Part shown: positions 35,650 through 46,659 of the stretch, one piece after another | Layout: each line of letters begins with the position of its first letter | Position numbering within the stretch: position 1 is the stretch's first letter | From: Hypanus sabinus | Lineage: Eukaryota | Direction of reading: 5' to 3' | Length of the DNA stretch: 51,378 nucleotides | Assembly: GCF_030144855.1 (NCBI RefSeq) | Contig: NW_026780171.1 | Span: 1 to 51,378, forward strand | Program-made: the position numbers and the translations under genes | Notes under the pieces: model-generated | The model's input: only the letters and a program-made list of their open reading frames with translations | What the model was told of the DNA's origin: nothing | The model's database searches: none

Positions 35650-38600
35650 CCCTCCCCCCCCCCGCAGAACCGGCGATACACCCCCCAATGTCCACAGTCT
35701 GGGCCAGAACCTGCTTGGGAAGTCGGCCTCTGCGCAGAGGTGCCGGAAACTCGGCCGGTTGCGCCAGGTTCACATGGGCCGGTTTGAGGCGGTCCACCGT
35801 GAAAACCTCCTCTTTCCCCCCAACGTCCAGCACGAACGTGGACCCGTTGTTCCGGAGCACCATAAACGGCCCCTCGTATGGCCGCTGCAGCAGTGGCCGA
35901 TGCCCGCCCCTTCGTACAAACACAAACGTACAGTTCTGTAGGTCTTTGGGTACGCAGGTCGGTGCCGCCCGTGCTGTGAAGTGGGTATGGGGGCCAGGTT
36001 ACCGAGCTTCTCGCGTAGTCTGCCCAGGACTGCTGCGGGATCTTCCTCTTGCCTCCTTGGGGCTGGTAGGAACTCCCCGGGGGCGACCAGGGGCGCGCCG
36101 TATACCAACTCGGCCGACGAGGCGTGCAGGTCGTCCTTGGGCGCTGTGCGGATGCCGAGTAGGACCCAGGGAAGCTCGTCCGCCCAGTTGGCTCCTCGCA
36201 GGCGTGCCATGAGGGCCGACTTCAGGTGACGGTGGAAACGCTCCACTAGTCCGTTCGACTGTGGGTGGTAGGCAGTGGTGTGGTGCAGCTGAGTCCCCAA
36301 AAGCCTGGCCATAGCTGACCACAGGCTGGAGGTGAACTGGGCGCCTCTGTCGGAGGTAATGTGGGCCGGTACACCAAAGCGAGATATCCAGGTGGTGATC
36401 AGGGCACGGGCGCAAGATTCGGAGGTGGTGTCGGTGAGCGGGACCGCCTCTGGCCATCTTGTGAACCGGTCCACGATAGTCAGGAGGTGCCGCGCTCCGC
36501 GCGACACTGGCAGGGGGCCCACGATATCCAAATGAATGTGGTCGAAACGCCGGTGGGCGGGATGGAACTGCTGCGGTGGGGCTTTGGTGTGCCGCTGCAC
36601 CTTGGCCGTCTGGCAGTGCATGCACGTTTTGGCCCATTCACTGACCTGTTTGCGGAGTCCGTGCCAAACGAACCTGCTGGAAACCATCCGGACAGTTGTC
36701 CGGATGAAGGGATGCGCCAAGTTATGAATGGAGTCGAAAACGCGGCGCCGCCAGGCTGTCGGAATGACGGGACGGGGCTGGCCGGTGGCGACGTCACAGA
36801 GTAGGGTCCTCTCACCCGGGCCTACGGGGAGGTCCTGGAGCTGCAATCCGGAGACTGCGGTTCTGTAACTCGGAATCTCATCATCCGCCAGGTGCGCCTC
36901 TGCCAGTGCCTCAGTCTACCCCTTGGGAAAGGGCATGAACGGTAGGGCGAGAGAGAGCATCCGCCACGACATTGTCCTTACCCGAGACGTGCCGGACATC
37001 CGTCGTGTATTCAGAGATGTAGGACAGGTGGCGTTGCTGGCGGGACGACCTGGGGTCGGACGCTTTCGTAAACGCAAAGGTAAGCGGTTTGTGGTCCGTG
37101 AACGCGGTGAAGGGCCGACCTTCTAGGAAGTACCTGAAATGCCGGATTGCCAGGTAGAGCGCCAACAGTTCCCGGTCGAAAGCACTATATTTGAGCTCGG
37201 GTGGTCGCAGGTGTTTGCTGAAAAACGCCAGGGGTTGCCAGCGACCTGCGATGAGTTGCTCCAGCACCCCACCGACTGCCCTGTTTGATGCGTCCACTGT
37301 GAGGGCGGTAGGGGCGTCCATTCTGGGATGTACTAGCATTGCGGCGTTCGCCAAAGCTTCCTTCGTTTGAACGAAAGCGGCGGCGGACTCCTCGTCCCAG
37401 GTAATGTCCTTGCTCGGACCCGACATCAGGGCGAACAGGGGGCGCATGATCCGGGCAGCTGAAGGGAGGAAGCGGCGGTAGAAATTCACCATACCTACGA
37501 ATTCCTGAAGGCCTTTGATCGTGGTGGGTCGGGGAAAGAGGCGGACCGCATCTACCTTAGCGGGCAGAGGGGTTGCCCCGTCTTTAGTAATCCTGTGGCC
37601 CAGGAAGTCAATGGTATTGAGTCCGAACTGGCATTTGGCGGTGTTGATTGTAAGACCGTACTCACTCAGTCGGGCGCAGAGTTGACGGAGGTGGGACAGA
37701 TGCTCCTGACGACTGCTGCTGGCTATGAGGATGTCATCCAAATAAATGAACGCGAAGTCCAGGTCCCGTCCCACCGCGTCCATTAACCGCTGGAACGTCT
37801 GTGCGGCATTCTTCAGGCCGAACGGCATGCGGAGGAACTCGAAAAGGCCAAACGGGGTGATGAAAGCCGTTTTGGGGACGTCGTCAGGATGCATCGGGAT
37901 TTGATGGTACCCTCGGACAAGGTCGACCTTGGAGAAGCTCCGTGCGCCGTGCAGGTTTGCTGCAAAGTCCTGAATGTGCGGCACATGGTAGCGGTCCGGT
38001 GTGGTAGCCTCGTTCAGCCTGCGGTAGTCGCCGCACGGTCTCCAGCCCCCCGTCGCTTTGGGCACCATGTGCAGGGGGGAGGCCCATGGGCTTTCGGACC
38101 GCCGGATGATCCCCATTCCTCCATCCTCTGGAACTCCTCCTTCGCCAGTCGGAGCTTGTCCGGGAGAAGCCGCCGAGCGCGGGCGTGGAGGGGTGGTCCC
38201 TGGGTCGGGATGTGGTGCTGTACGCCGTGTCCGGGCATGGCCGCTGTGAACTGCGGTGCCAGAACCGATGGGAACTCCGCCAGGACCCTGGTGAAGTCGT
38301 CGGACAGCGTGATGGAGCCGAGGTGAGGGGCTGGCAACTGGGCTGCACCCAGGGAGAACGTCTGAAAGGTCTCGGCGTGTACCAGTCTCTTCCTGGGCAG
38401 GTCGACCAGTAGGCTGTGAGCCCGCAAAAAATCCGCACCCAGAAGCGGTTGGGCTACGGCGGCCAGTGTGAAGTCCCACGTCAACTGGCTGGAGCCGAAC
38501 TGTAGCTGCACCTGACGGGTGCCATAGGTCCTTTGTCGGAGGTAAAACGCTGATCTCAGCCCCAGTATCGACCAAAAACCGGCGTCCCGACCTTCTATCC

Positions 38601-38671
38601 CACTCATACAGGAGGCTATCCCGATGGCCAGCCGCCGTAGCCATCAGCGGCGGCTGGCCCTGGCGTTTCCC
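35650..38671 (-). pseudogene. pol: Gypsy pol (PR-RT-RNase H-IN), several frameshifts
   Basis: FLVDTGAEIS; WASPLHMV, PFGLKNAAQTFQR, YLDD; TVDAS, DRELLA, TDHKPL, NVVADALSR; integrase H..H..C..C, HLDIVGP, ITSDRGAQF, NGLVERFH, PYEGPF. Confidence 0.95.
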
Positions 38672-39332
38672 GGGAACTTGCAGGGCGGGCGACAACGGCG
38701 GGCTTCTGCGCCCCACCGCTGGTGGTAGAAGCACCAGTGTTCATTGGGCCGGGGGTTGGCGGGCTCTGCGGCCGGGCCTGGACTGGTTTGCTGCCGGGAG
38801 TGTGGCTGGGTGATCTGTGCGATGGACGCCCCGCTCACCTTTTTGGCGTTCCACAGCAAGTCCGCCCGGGCTGCCACCTTCCGGGGGTCATTGAAATCCG
38901 CGTCGGACAGCAGCAGGCGTATGTCCTCGGGCAGCTGCTCCAGGAATGCCTGCTCAAACATGAGGCAGGGTGTGTGTCCGCTGGCGAGAGACAACATCTC
39001 ATTCATTAAAGCCGATGGAGGTCTGTCGCCCAAGCCATCCAGGTGCAGTAAACGGGCAGCCCGCTCGCGCCGTGACAGTCCGAAGTCCTGAGGAGCAGGG
39101 CTTTGAATTCCGTGTACTTGCCGTCTGCCGGGGGCGACTGTACGAACTCCGCGACCTGGGCCGCTGTGTCCTGGTCGAGGGAGCTCACCACGTAGTTGTA
39201 GCGGGTATCTTCTGAGGTGATCTGGCGAACGTAGAATTGGTCTTCGGCTTGCTGGAACCATAGGTTCGGGCGCTGTGTCCAGAAACCCGGCCGTTTCAAC
39301 GAAACTGCATGAACAGAGGCGGCGTCGGTCAT
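38644..39332 (-). pseudogene. gag: Gypsy gag (one frameshift near 39090)
   Basis: MTDAASVHAVSLK..FW..WFQQAEDQF, then LGDRPPSALMNEM and a CHCC knuckle CFYHQRWGAEARRCRPPC. Confidence 0.9.
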
Positions 39333-40409
39333 TTCTGGTCCAAAAATCGTTTGGACCGTCGGGGTCACCAATTGTAGCGGTGTGCTACACGCAGCGCTAA
39401 AATTACGACACGGAGTCGGTAACTGCAGTCGAAGGAAAAAACTTTATTCGAAATCTTCAGCCTCACTTTTAAGCCTCCCTCAACCTGCCCCCCATGGCGC
39501 AGAGGCTCCAAAGCTCTGTGCTCGCAAACCCCCGTAGGCTATCTAATTGTGAGTCGGTTCGGATGTGCCAGGAAATGGGTCGCCACAGAAAGATATTTCT
39601 TCCCCTACATTAATTGAATCGTTTTCTCAAGGAATGTTATGTCTTAGTTTGGAAGAAATACAAGTAGAACTTTTGATCCTCGATTCGATTTTGAGAGAAG
39701 ATGGGGTTCTTTTGCCAAATATTATCATTTAATTTGAATTATGCTATATGGTTTCCGTCCAATTTTATTTTTTTTATAAGTGTGAAATGACGGTTGATTA
39801 TTCTTTTTTTAAAAATTTAGGTAATGGTCAAACGTATTGCTCCGGAGGGTTCATTCCTAATGGACTTTTCCCCTTTTTTTCTGGTTACTGGGTTTTTTTC
39901 CGCGTTAGATGGGACACTTTTTTCTCTTATTTTTCTATATTTTTTTTTCCCATTTTTATATTATACGATCAGTTTTTTTCAGCTTTATTAACTGTGTACA
40001 TACTAATCTATTGACGTTTTGCATCATTATATAGTTGTAGAAGATTATGCATCAGTAAAAAATATTCTAAAAATGAAAAATGAAACTGGCAAAACAATCA
40101 CTAGACATATGGTGCAGAGTCACGTCGAGTTACATCGTGAGGTCGAGTCCATTTTATCATTCATTTAGCTTGTAACTGTAGACAGGAAACCGTCCTTGAG
40201 CCGGGCGTGTCGCGCTTTAAGGCTTTGTATCTCTTCCCCGATGGGAGAGCGGGTTTGCAGCAAAAATGTCCAGGTAATGAGGTTATTTGAGTACATGGCC
40301 TGCTTTTCCGAGGGAGGGGAATGTAGGAAGTCCTTGGAGTGGAGGCTTGTTTCTCTGATGTTCTCTGAAGTTCGCTGCAGTCATGGGCAGAGCAGTAGCC
40401 ATACGAAGG

Positions 40410-40800
40410 CGTGAAGTATCGACAAGAAGCTCAGAGACCTCGGCCTTCACCCTGCCTTGTGTAGCTGGATCCTGGACTTCCTGTCAGATCGCCGGCAGGT
40501 GGTAAGAGTGGGCTCCCTCACCTCTGTCTCTCTGACCCTCAGCACACTTACCCCACAGGGGTGTCTCTTTGCCCCCTACTTTACTCTCTGTATTCCCATG
40601 ACGTGTCGCCACCCACAGTTCCAATCTGCTAATTAAATTTGTTGACTACACTGCATTGATCGGCCGAATCCCAAATAACGAGGCAGCCTACAGAGAAGAA
40701 GTCATCACCCCGACACAGTGGTGTCAAGAAAACAACCTCTCCCTCATTGTGACAAAAACACAGGAGCTGGTTGTGGATTATAGGAGGAATGGAGACAGGG
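40410..40800 (+). mobile_element. L2/Rex-like LINE RT fragment
   Basis: WILDFLSDRRQVVRVG, PQG, KFVD, WCQENNLSLIVTKTQELVVDYRR. Confidence 0.7.
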
Positions 40801-41283
40801 ACCAAATTCAACATTTCCAAGACTGTTATTGACACAAAATGTCATGACACAATGTATTTTATATATTGTTAATAATATAAAACATATTTAGAGATTGTTA
40901 CTGACAGAGCATCGTATAAGTTGTGTTCTGTGTGTTATGTGAATGTACTTGCCTGTGATGCTGCCACAAGTCAGTGTTTCTCTGTACCTGTACCTTCCCG
41001 TACTTGTGCACTTGGCAATAAATTCAACAGGACCTGAGAAATCTCAGTGAGATTTGATTCGTGATGATCATCTTGGCAGCTCGGTAGGTCGAATGTATGA
41101 GACAGTACACTGTTGAATGCAAATCCCTGAACAGTGTCGATGATCAGAGGGATCTTAGATTCCAAGTTCATCGCTCCCTGAAAGAGACTGCGCAGATTGA
41201 TCGGGTGGTTAAGAAGGCAAATGGCGTGGTTGTCTTTATTAGTTGAAACATTGAGTTCAAAAGTCGGGAAGTTGTGTTGCGGC

Positions 41284-42065
41284 TGTTACGAGCCTGCGGT
41301 CGTACTGTGACTGTTTCTTTAAGAGCGCCGGCGTGAGGAGGCGGGACTATGACGTCAGTCACAGGCTGACAGCGCTGACTGTGAACTGAACCATAAGAGA
41401 GAGAGAGCGATCNNNNNNNNNNNNNNNNNNNNNNNNNNNNNNNNNNNNNNNNNNNNNNNNNNNNNNNNNNNNNNNNNNNNNNNNNNNNNNNNNNNNNNNN
41501 NNNNNNNNNNNNNNNNNNNNNNNNNNNNNNNNNNNNNNNNNNNNNNNNNNNNNNNNNNNNNNNNNNNNNNNNNNNNNNNNNNNNNNNNNGGCTGTCACTT
41601 CGTATAATCCATAGGAGTGGAGTTTGGAATATCTTGTGTTAACCCTTGCCTGGGTATGTTGTGTGGTAACCCCTGGAAGACGGTATTCCTGTGACAGGTC
41701 ACTTTCGCTGATAACTCGTATGTGGACGGATTCAACGGATAAGAACTTCGTCGACGGTTATTTTGAAGTAACCGCCTTTTCTCTACATTTCACTCTGGAT
41801 CACAAATATCTCTCTCCCATCATTTATTCCGTGGATTTCTGAACTTTCCTTCTTTACCATTTCAAGACTCTAAGCTTTGTTTCCTCAGGCTCGATAGTCT
41901 GGGGAATTATATTTACACATATATCCAATTAACACTGTTAACTTTCGTTAACTTACTATGTTATAAGTAGAGACCAATAAAGAGAGTGCTTTTAACATCA
42001 AAAACAGACTCCAGTGTGAACTCTATTGCTGCTGGTTCGTTTCTAAAACGTTACAGTTCGTAACA
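41284..42065 (+). mobile_element. Solo LTR (related to 19723-20737) inserted in a CR1 fragment
   Basis: TGTTACGA...TCGTAACA ends, AATAAA 41976-41981, degenerate 4-bp TSD (cggc/cagt). CR1 sequence continues on both sides. Confidence 0.8.
41413..41589. other. Assembly gap (177 N)
   Basis: Run of N following a (GA)n tract. Confidence 0.99.
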
Positions 42066-42559
42066 CAGTTTTATAAAATTAGTTAGACCACATCTGGAGT
42101 GTTTCATACAGTTCTGGTCGCCCCCATTCTCGGAAGGATGTCGGGGCTTTGGAGAGGGCGGGGAAGAGGTTTAGCAGGATCTTGCCTGGATGAGAGAGCG
42201 AGAGCTATAACGAGAGGTTGGACGAACACAAAGTACACTGCTGATGCTGTGGTCAAATCAACACGTACATCCACGCTGGACGAACTCAGGAGAGACGAAG
42301 GGTCTCGGCCCGATACGTTGACTGCTCGTTTCGACGGATGCTGCCCGACCTGGTTGGACAAACTTGTGTTGTTTTCTCCAGAGCGGCGCAGGCTGGGGTG
42401 AGACTGGATGGACGTTTATAAGATTACGAGAGGAATAGATAGAGTGGACAGACGATATATTTTTCCTGGGGGTTGAAATGTCTAACACATTTAAGGTGAG
42501 AGTAGATGTGAGCGGCAAGTTTGCTTCTTTCCACAGAGTAGTGGGTAACTGGATCTCTG

Positions 42560-43100
42560 TCTGGGGTGGGAGACCAAAACCGGTCACGTGATGCAGTTCT
42601 CTCCCCCCCCCCCCCCCACCCCATTAAACCGCAGGAGGGCAACATCGCGCAGCCGTTTCTGAGGCCCCGCCCTCCTGATGACGTACCACACCGCGCATGC
42701 TCACTGTCTCCGGGTGTTTTCCTTAACGCTCGGTGCTGAAGTCTGCCGGATCCAGAAAGGCTTCTCATCTCGTATATCGCGGAGCCGGGGATCTGGATTA
42801 CTGTGTCCGGGCTGAAGATATAACTTTCCTATTGGTGAGTATTGAGACCGATCCCGAGCAGGGAGGTCCGATGTTGGCCGTGAGCCCCGAACTGGCGGCC
42901 AGTTACTCATTTATTTTCCAGTTATCTGGGCTCGTCAAAAATATGTCGACTTCACTTAATCTGCTTTGAACGATTCAAACCAGGAGCCCAGGCTGTCTAT
43001 TTCCGCAGAATTGAAATGGGAGACCAACCAACAGGTCACGTGAGGCTGCGTGCCGCAGATCCGCCCCGCCCTCCGCTTTGTGACGGAGGATCACGTGGTG
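42560..43100 (+). promoter_or_regulatory. Putative ZNF-C CpG-island promoter and first exon
   Basis: CpG-rich. GTCACGTGA at 42583 and 43035, GC boxes, TGACGTA, CGCGCATGCTCA near 42692, donor TTG|GTGAGT at 42834/42835. Confidence 0.65.
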
Positions 43101-43799
43101 TGTTGATAACAAGGTTGACATGAATAATATCAGGAACGATCGGCTTCATGTATGAGGAGCATTTGATGTCTCCGGACCTGTGCTCGATGGAGTTCAGAGG
43201 GACGGTGGGGGGTTGTGAGGGCGATGTATGATTAAGTAAACATTCCGAATGCTAAAAAGCCTGGATACAGTGTACATGGAGAGGATGTTTCCATTAGACG
43301 GAGAGTCTGTAATCTGACAGCACCGTCTCAGAATAAAAATGCCTCCTGTTAAAATTCAGCTGAGAAAAATCTTTTGGCCAAAAGGTGTCTGAAGTGTGGA
43401 ATTTGTTGCCGCAGAGTTTGGTAGAGGCTACCGTTTGGGTATATTTATGAGGGAGATTAATACATTAAAGATTGTTAAGTAGCTACAGGGTTACAGGAGG
43501 AAGGCAAGAATATGGTGTTGAAATAAAAATCAACCATAGTTGAATGATGGGGCAGATCAGAAGGATTGAATCATCTGAATCTGTTCCTTCTGCCTGACCA
43601 TGACTGAATGATGGCTCCTTCTGATTCCATATCGTTTTGTGACGTGTGTGGGATAATAAAAGATTGCTCACTGAGATCATTACTGTATATTTGCCTTCAA
43701 TATTTAAATTTCAGTGAGTTTTGTTCTTAATAACATGAATCTGAAATTTTTGGTTCTCTTTTTTGTTGTTAATATGCTTCATTATCTTTCAATTTAAAG

Positions 43800-43967
43800 T
43801 TAGACCTGCAGTGAGAGATTTATTGGAAGAAAAACCCCAACTGGAGGAAAACCACGACTGATGACGAGGGAGCAGCAACAAGTGAACCAACCCGAGGACT
43901 GAGAGCATCAATCAGAGAGAACCCAACTGACTCGGACATTCCAGTGATTCAGTCAGGAGAAATTTTG
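43800..43967 (+). other. Putative ZNF-C exon 2
   Basis: Polypyrimidine tract 43745-43795 with candidate AGs ending 43799, 43803, 43811, and a consensus donor TTG|GTGAGT at 43967/43968. Confidence 0.55.
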
Positions 43968-44143
43968 GTGAGTCTTACTTCCTGTTCTTTAGACATTTCA
44001 TACCTGTACAGTGGAAGGTAGCAAATAGCTGGAGTGAGGCTGAACATGTCCAGAAGTACCAGTTATGCCTCCGTCAGACCCAGTTGCAATCACTCCAGGT
44101 CTGGTAATGTGCATCCAGCAACCCTTTGAAACCACTCCCATTA

Positions 44144-45420
44144 TGTGGAAGTCGAATCTGGATAAAGTCACTGAGAGACTGTATAAGTACAAACTCTTTA
44201 TTCCAAGCATCGGGCTTACTCAGTTAGTCGCTCAAACAGGAACAGTTGATGACTGTTCCCGCCCAATCCACTAACTGACTAACAATTCCCCTTACACCAC
44301 TGATATATCCGTCCAGATACCCTCCACACAAGAGGGTTGCCTGATGGGAACCCGAGGAGACTACAACTACTAGGATTGTGCCACACTTTTCGCTGTCTCA
44401 TCCGCTAAAGCATTGCATTTAGTGACTCAGTCAACATGTGGGTGTGGGCCGCTCATTAAATAACAGCCAAAGCTCGAGGTAGCTGTAGAGTGGTGAGTAA
44501 GTTGTTTACAAAGGTGACATTACTAATGGGGTGGCCAGAGGAAGACAGGAATCCCCATGTTCCCAGAGAGCCCCGTAGTCATGTACAATTCCAAATGCAT
44601 AACGGGAGTCTGTGTAAACGTTCCCACTTTAGTCTGTTGCTGGGATACAGGCACGAGTCAGAGCAAACAGTTCAGCCTTCTGGGCAGAGACAGCTGCTTC
44701 AAAAGAGGCCTTCTCAATTACTTCACTGTCCGTCACTATTGTATAGTCAGAATATCGTTTTCCTGCTGGATCCACAAAAGAGCTTCCATCCTCAAGGAAC
44801 GTTACCTCAGGCTAGAGGGGGTTTTGAGGAAGGGATGGGAGAGTCTGTCCTTCTTTCACGGTGATCCAGACAGGGGGCAGTTGGTGCAGTCAAATTCATT
44901 GCCTGAAATTGAGCAGAGATTGTGTGCAATGTCTTGGGTTCAGTCAATTTTAAAAGAGAGTCTTACCAGATGTCCCGTCTTCACCTCAATGTCCTTCCAG
45001 TATCGGAGTTGGCCCACGGCCAAGTCTTGCCAGTCTCCCTTGCTGCTGGAGGCTTGTTTCCTCAGGGTGAAGGCAAGGAACTCTGGGCTTTTTGACTTGA
45101 ACCCAGGGCAAACCCTAACGATGGTACGGGGAGCCACCAGTCCTGTCTGCCACCAAAGGAAATCCGGAACTTCGGCCAGTAATGTGCTGCCCTCTTTTCC
45201 TTAATCCTGTCCAATCACCATGACTGGGAACTTCTCTCGCTCGAGGGGTGCATAATATTGGCTTTCCTCAATGAGCACCCCCTAGTGTCATAGCACAGAA
45301 TCACATGAGGGTCGGCCGCTGACGGAAGGGGTTCAAATGCGGTGGAGTCCAGATTAAGTGCCCACTACTGGGGATTCGGAAACTGGGGAAGCTGTCGTTT
45401 GGTCACTGGTCCCAGGGTGA
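44144..45420 (-). mobile_element. Deleted class I (gamma/epsilon-like) endogenous retrovirus relic
   Basis: Minus-strand translation of ~44400-44810: EDGSSFVDPAGKRYSDYTIV..SAQKAELFALTRAC..NVYTDSRYAFGIVHDYGALW/GFLSSSGHPISN..LQLPRALAVI**AAHT (retroviral RNase H). PPT aaggggaa, then a short LTR 44284-44144 with AATAAA. Confidence 0.8.
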
Positions 45421-46659
45421 TGCCCTTATCTGTGTCTCCACTCCTCCTGTCCTCCACAATCAGCTCCTTTGTTTTTGTGATAATGAGGGAGAGTTTGTTT
45501 TCTTGACACCAGTCAGATATTGTTCAGACCTCAGACAGAGTCAGCAATCAAATGGTTGAGCATGGTGCGATGAATGTGCTGAGCTGTGTATAGCACAATG
45601 CAAGAAGCATTGTAGGAAAGCCAGATGAGCCCAGGACAGGGAATTATGATATTGTGGCCATTATAGGGGCTTGGTTGCACCCAACAGTCTGAGGGATTTA
45701 GAGGAACAAATTTGCAGAGCGGTCACAGACCATGCCAAGAAACAAAGGTTGAGATTGTAAGCGATTTTAACTTTCCATATATTGACTGGGACTCCCATAC
45801 TGTAAAAGGACTAGATGGGGTAAAGTTTGTCAAATGTGCCCTTAATTGGTACGTAAAATTCCCGATGTAGAAGTGTGCAATAAGCTGTTAGGCAATGACC
45901 AGGGCTGGTGACAGAAATTAGTGTTCATAATGCCATGAAATTCAAAATAAAGATGAAAAAAGAGAGGTCTGGACCATGGGTTGAGATTCTAAATTGGAGA
46001 GAGGTCAATTTTGATGGTATCAGAAAGGATCTGACAAGTGTGGATTGGGACATGCTGTTTTCTGACAAAGGAGTACTTTGTAAGTGGGAGGCCTTCAGAA
46101 GTGAAATTTTGAGGGTGTAGAGACTTTATGTGCCTAACAATGTAACAGTTGAAACGTAACTGGTGCAGGGAATCTTGGCTTTCTGGCTATATTGAAGCCC
46201 CGGATATTTCGTTCCTTTAAATGCCTCAGACTTTTGGGTGCTACCAAGACTCATTAATCATCATCCATGCCCTGAGCTCATCTGAACATTTTCATTGTCT
46301 TCTGTTGGTTTCTCGCTTCCCAATAGCTTTTGCTCTTTTGTTTGCCCTCTCTTTGGCTTTTATGTTGGCTTTAGCTTCTCAATTCAACTATGGTTATGTA
46401 CTCCTGGTTTCCAATGTTTTCACTTCCTTGGGATATGTCGATCACTCAGCTCCTGAATTGCTCCCAGAAATTCCAGCCATTGCTGCTCCGTTGTCACTCC
46501 AACCTTTTCCCTTCCAAACAAGTTTGTCCAGCTTCTCTGTCATAGAATAATGGAGACGTTCAAAATAGAAACAGGCCATTTGGCCCATCTAGTCAATGCC
46601 AAAAAAACATTTAAGCTGTCTATTGCAACTAACTGCACTGAGACCATCGCCCTCCATAC

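Larger units (their letters stand above)
35431..39587 (-). mobile_element. Full-structure Ty3/Gypsy LTR retrotransposon, CsRn1-like
   Basis: 215-bp LTRs 35431-35645 and 39373-39587 (4 mismatches), TG..CA ends, TSD GAAA, tRNA-Trp PBS 39357-39370, polypurine tract 35649-35663, order gag-PR-RT-RH-IN. Confidence 0.97.
34095..40085 (+). mobile_element. L1 3' part (ORF2 C-terminus, 3' UTR, A-rich tail), split by the Gypsy element
   Basis: GLALPNL, KQDWERKL, FKTVHRYY, MFWS, FVTLLTRRAILL up to 35430. Resumes at 39592 and ends in an A-rich tail ~40053-40085. Confidence 0.85.

Noticed and set aside
35552-39215. Many plus-strand ORFs over the Gypsy element
   Set aside because: Antisense frames of GC-rich coding DNA.
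35431-39587. Bacterial contamination suggested by high GC
   Set aside because: Bounded by LTRs and a GAAA TSD inside a host L1, so it is a genuine insertion.
44557-45204. 215-aa plus-strand ORF
   Set aside because: Antisense to the ERV pol relic, with no recognisable domain.
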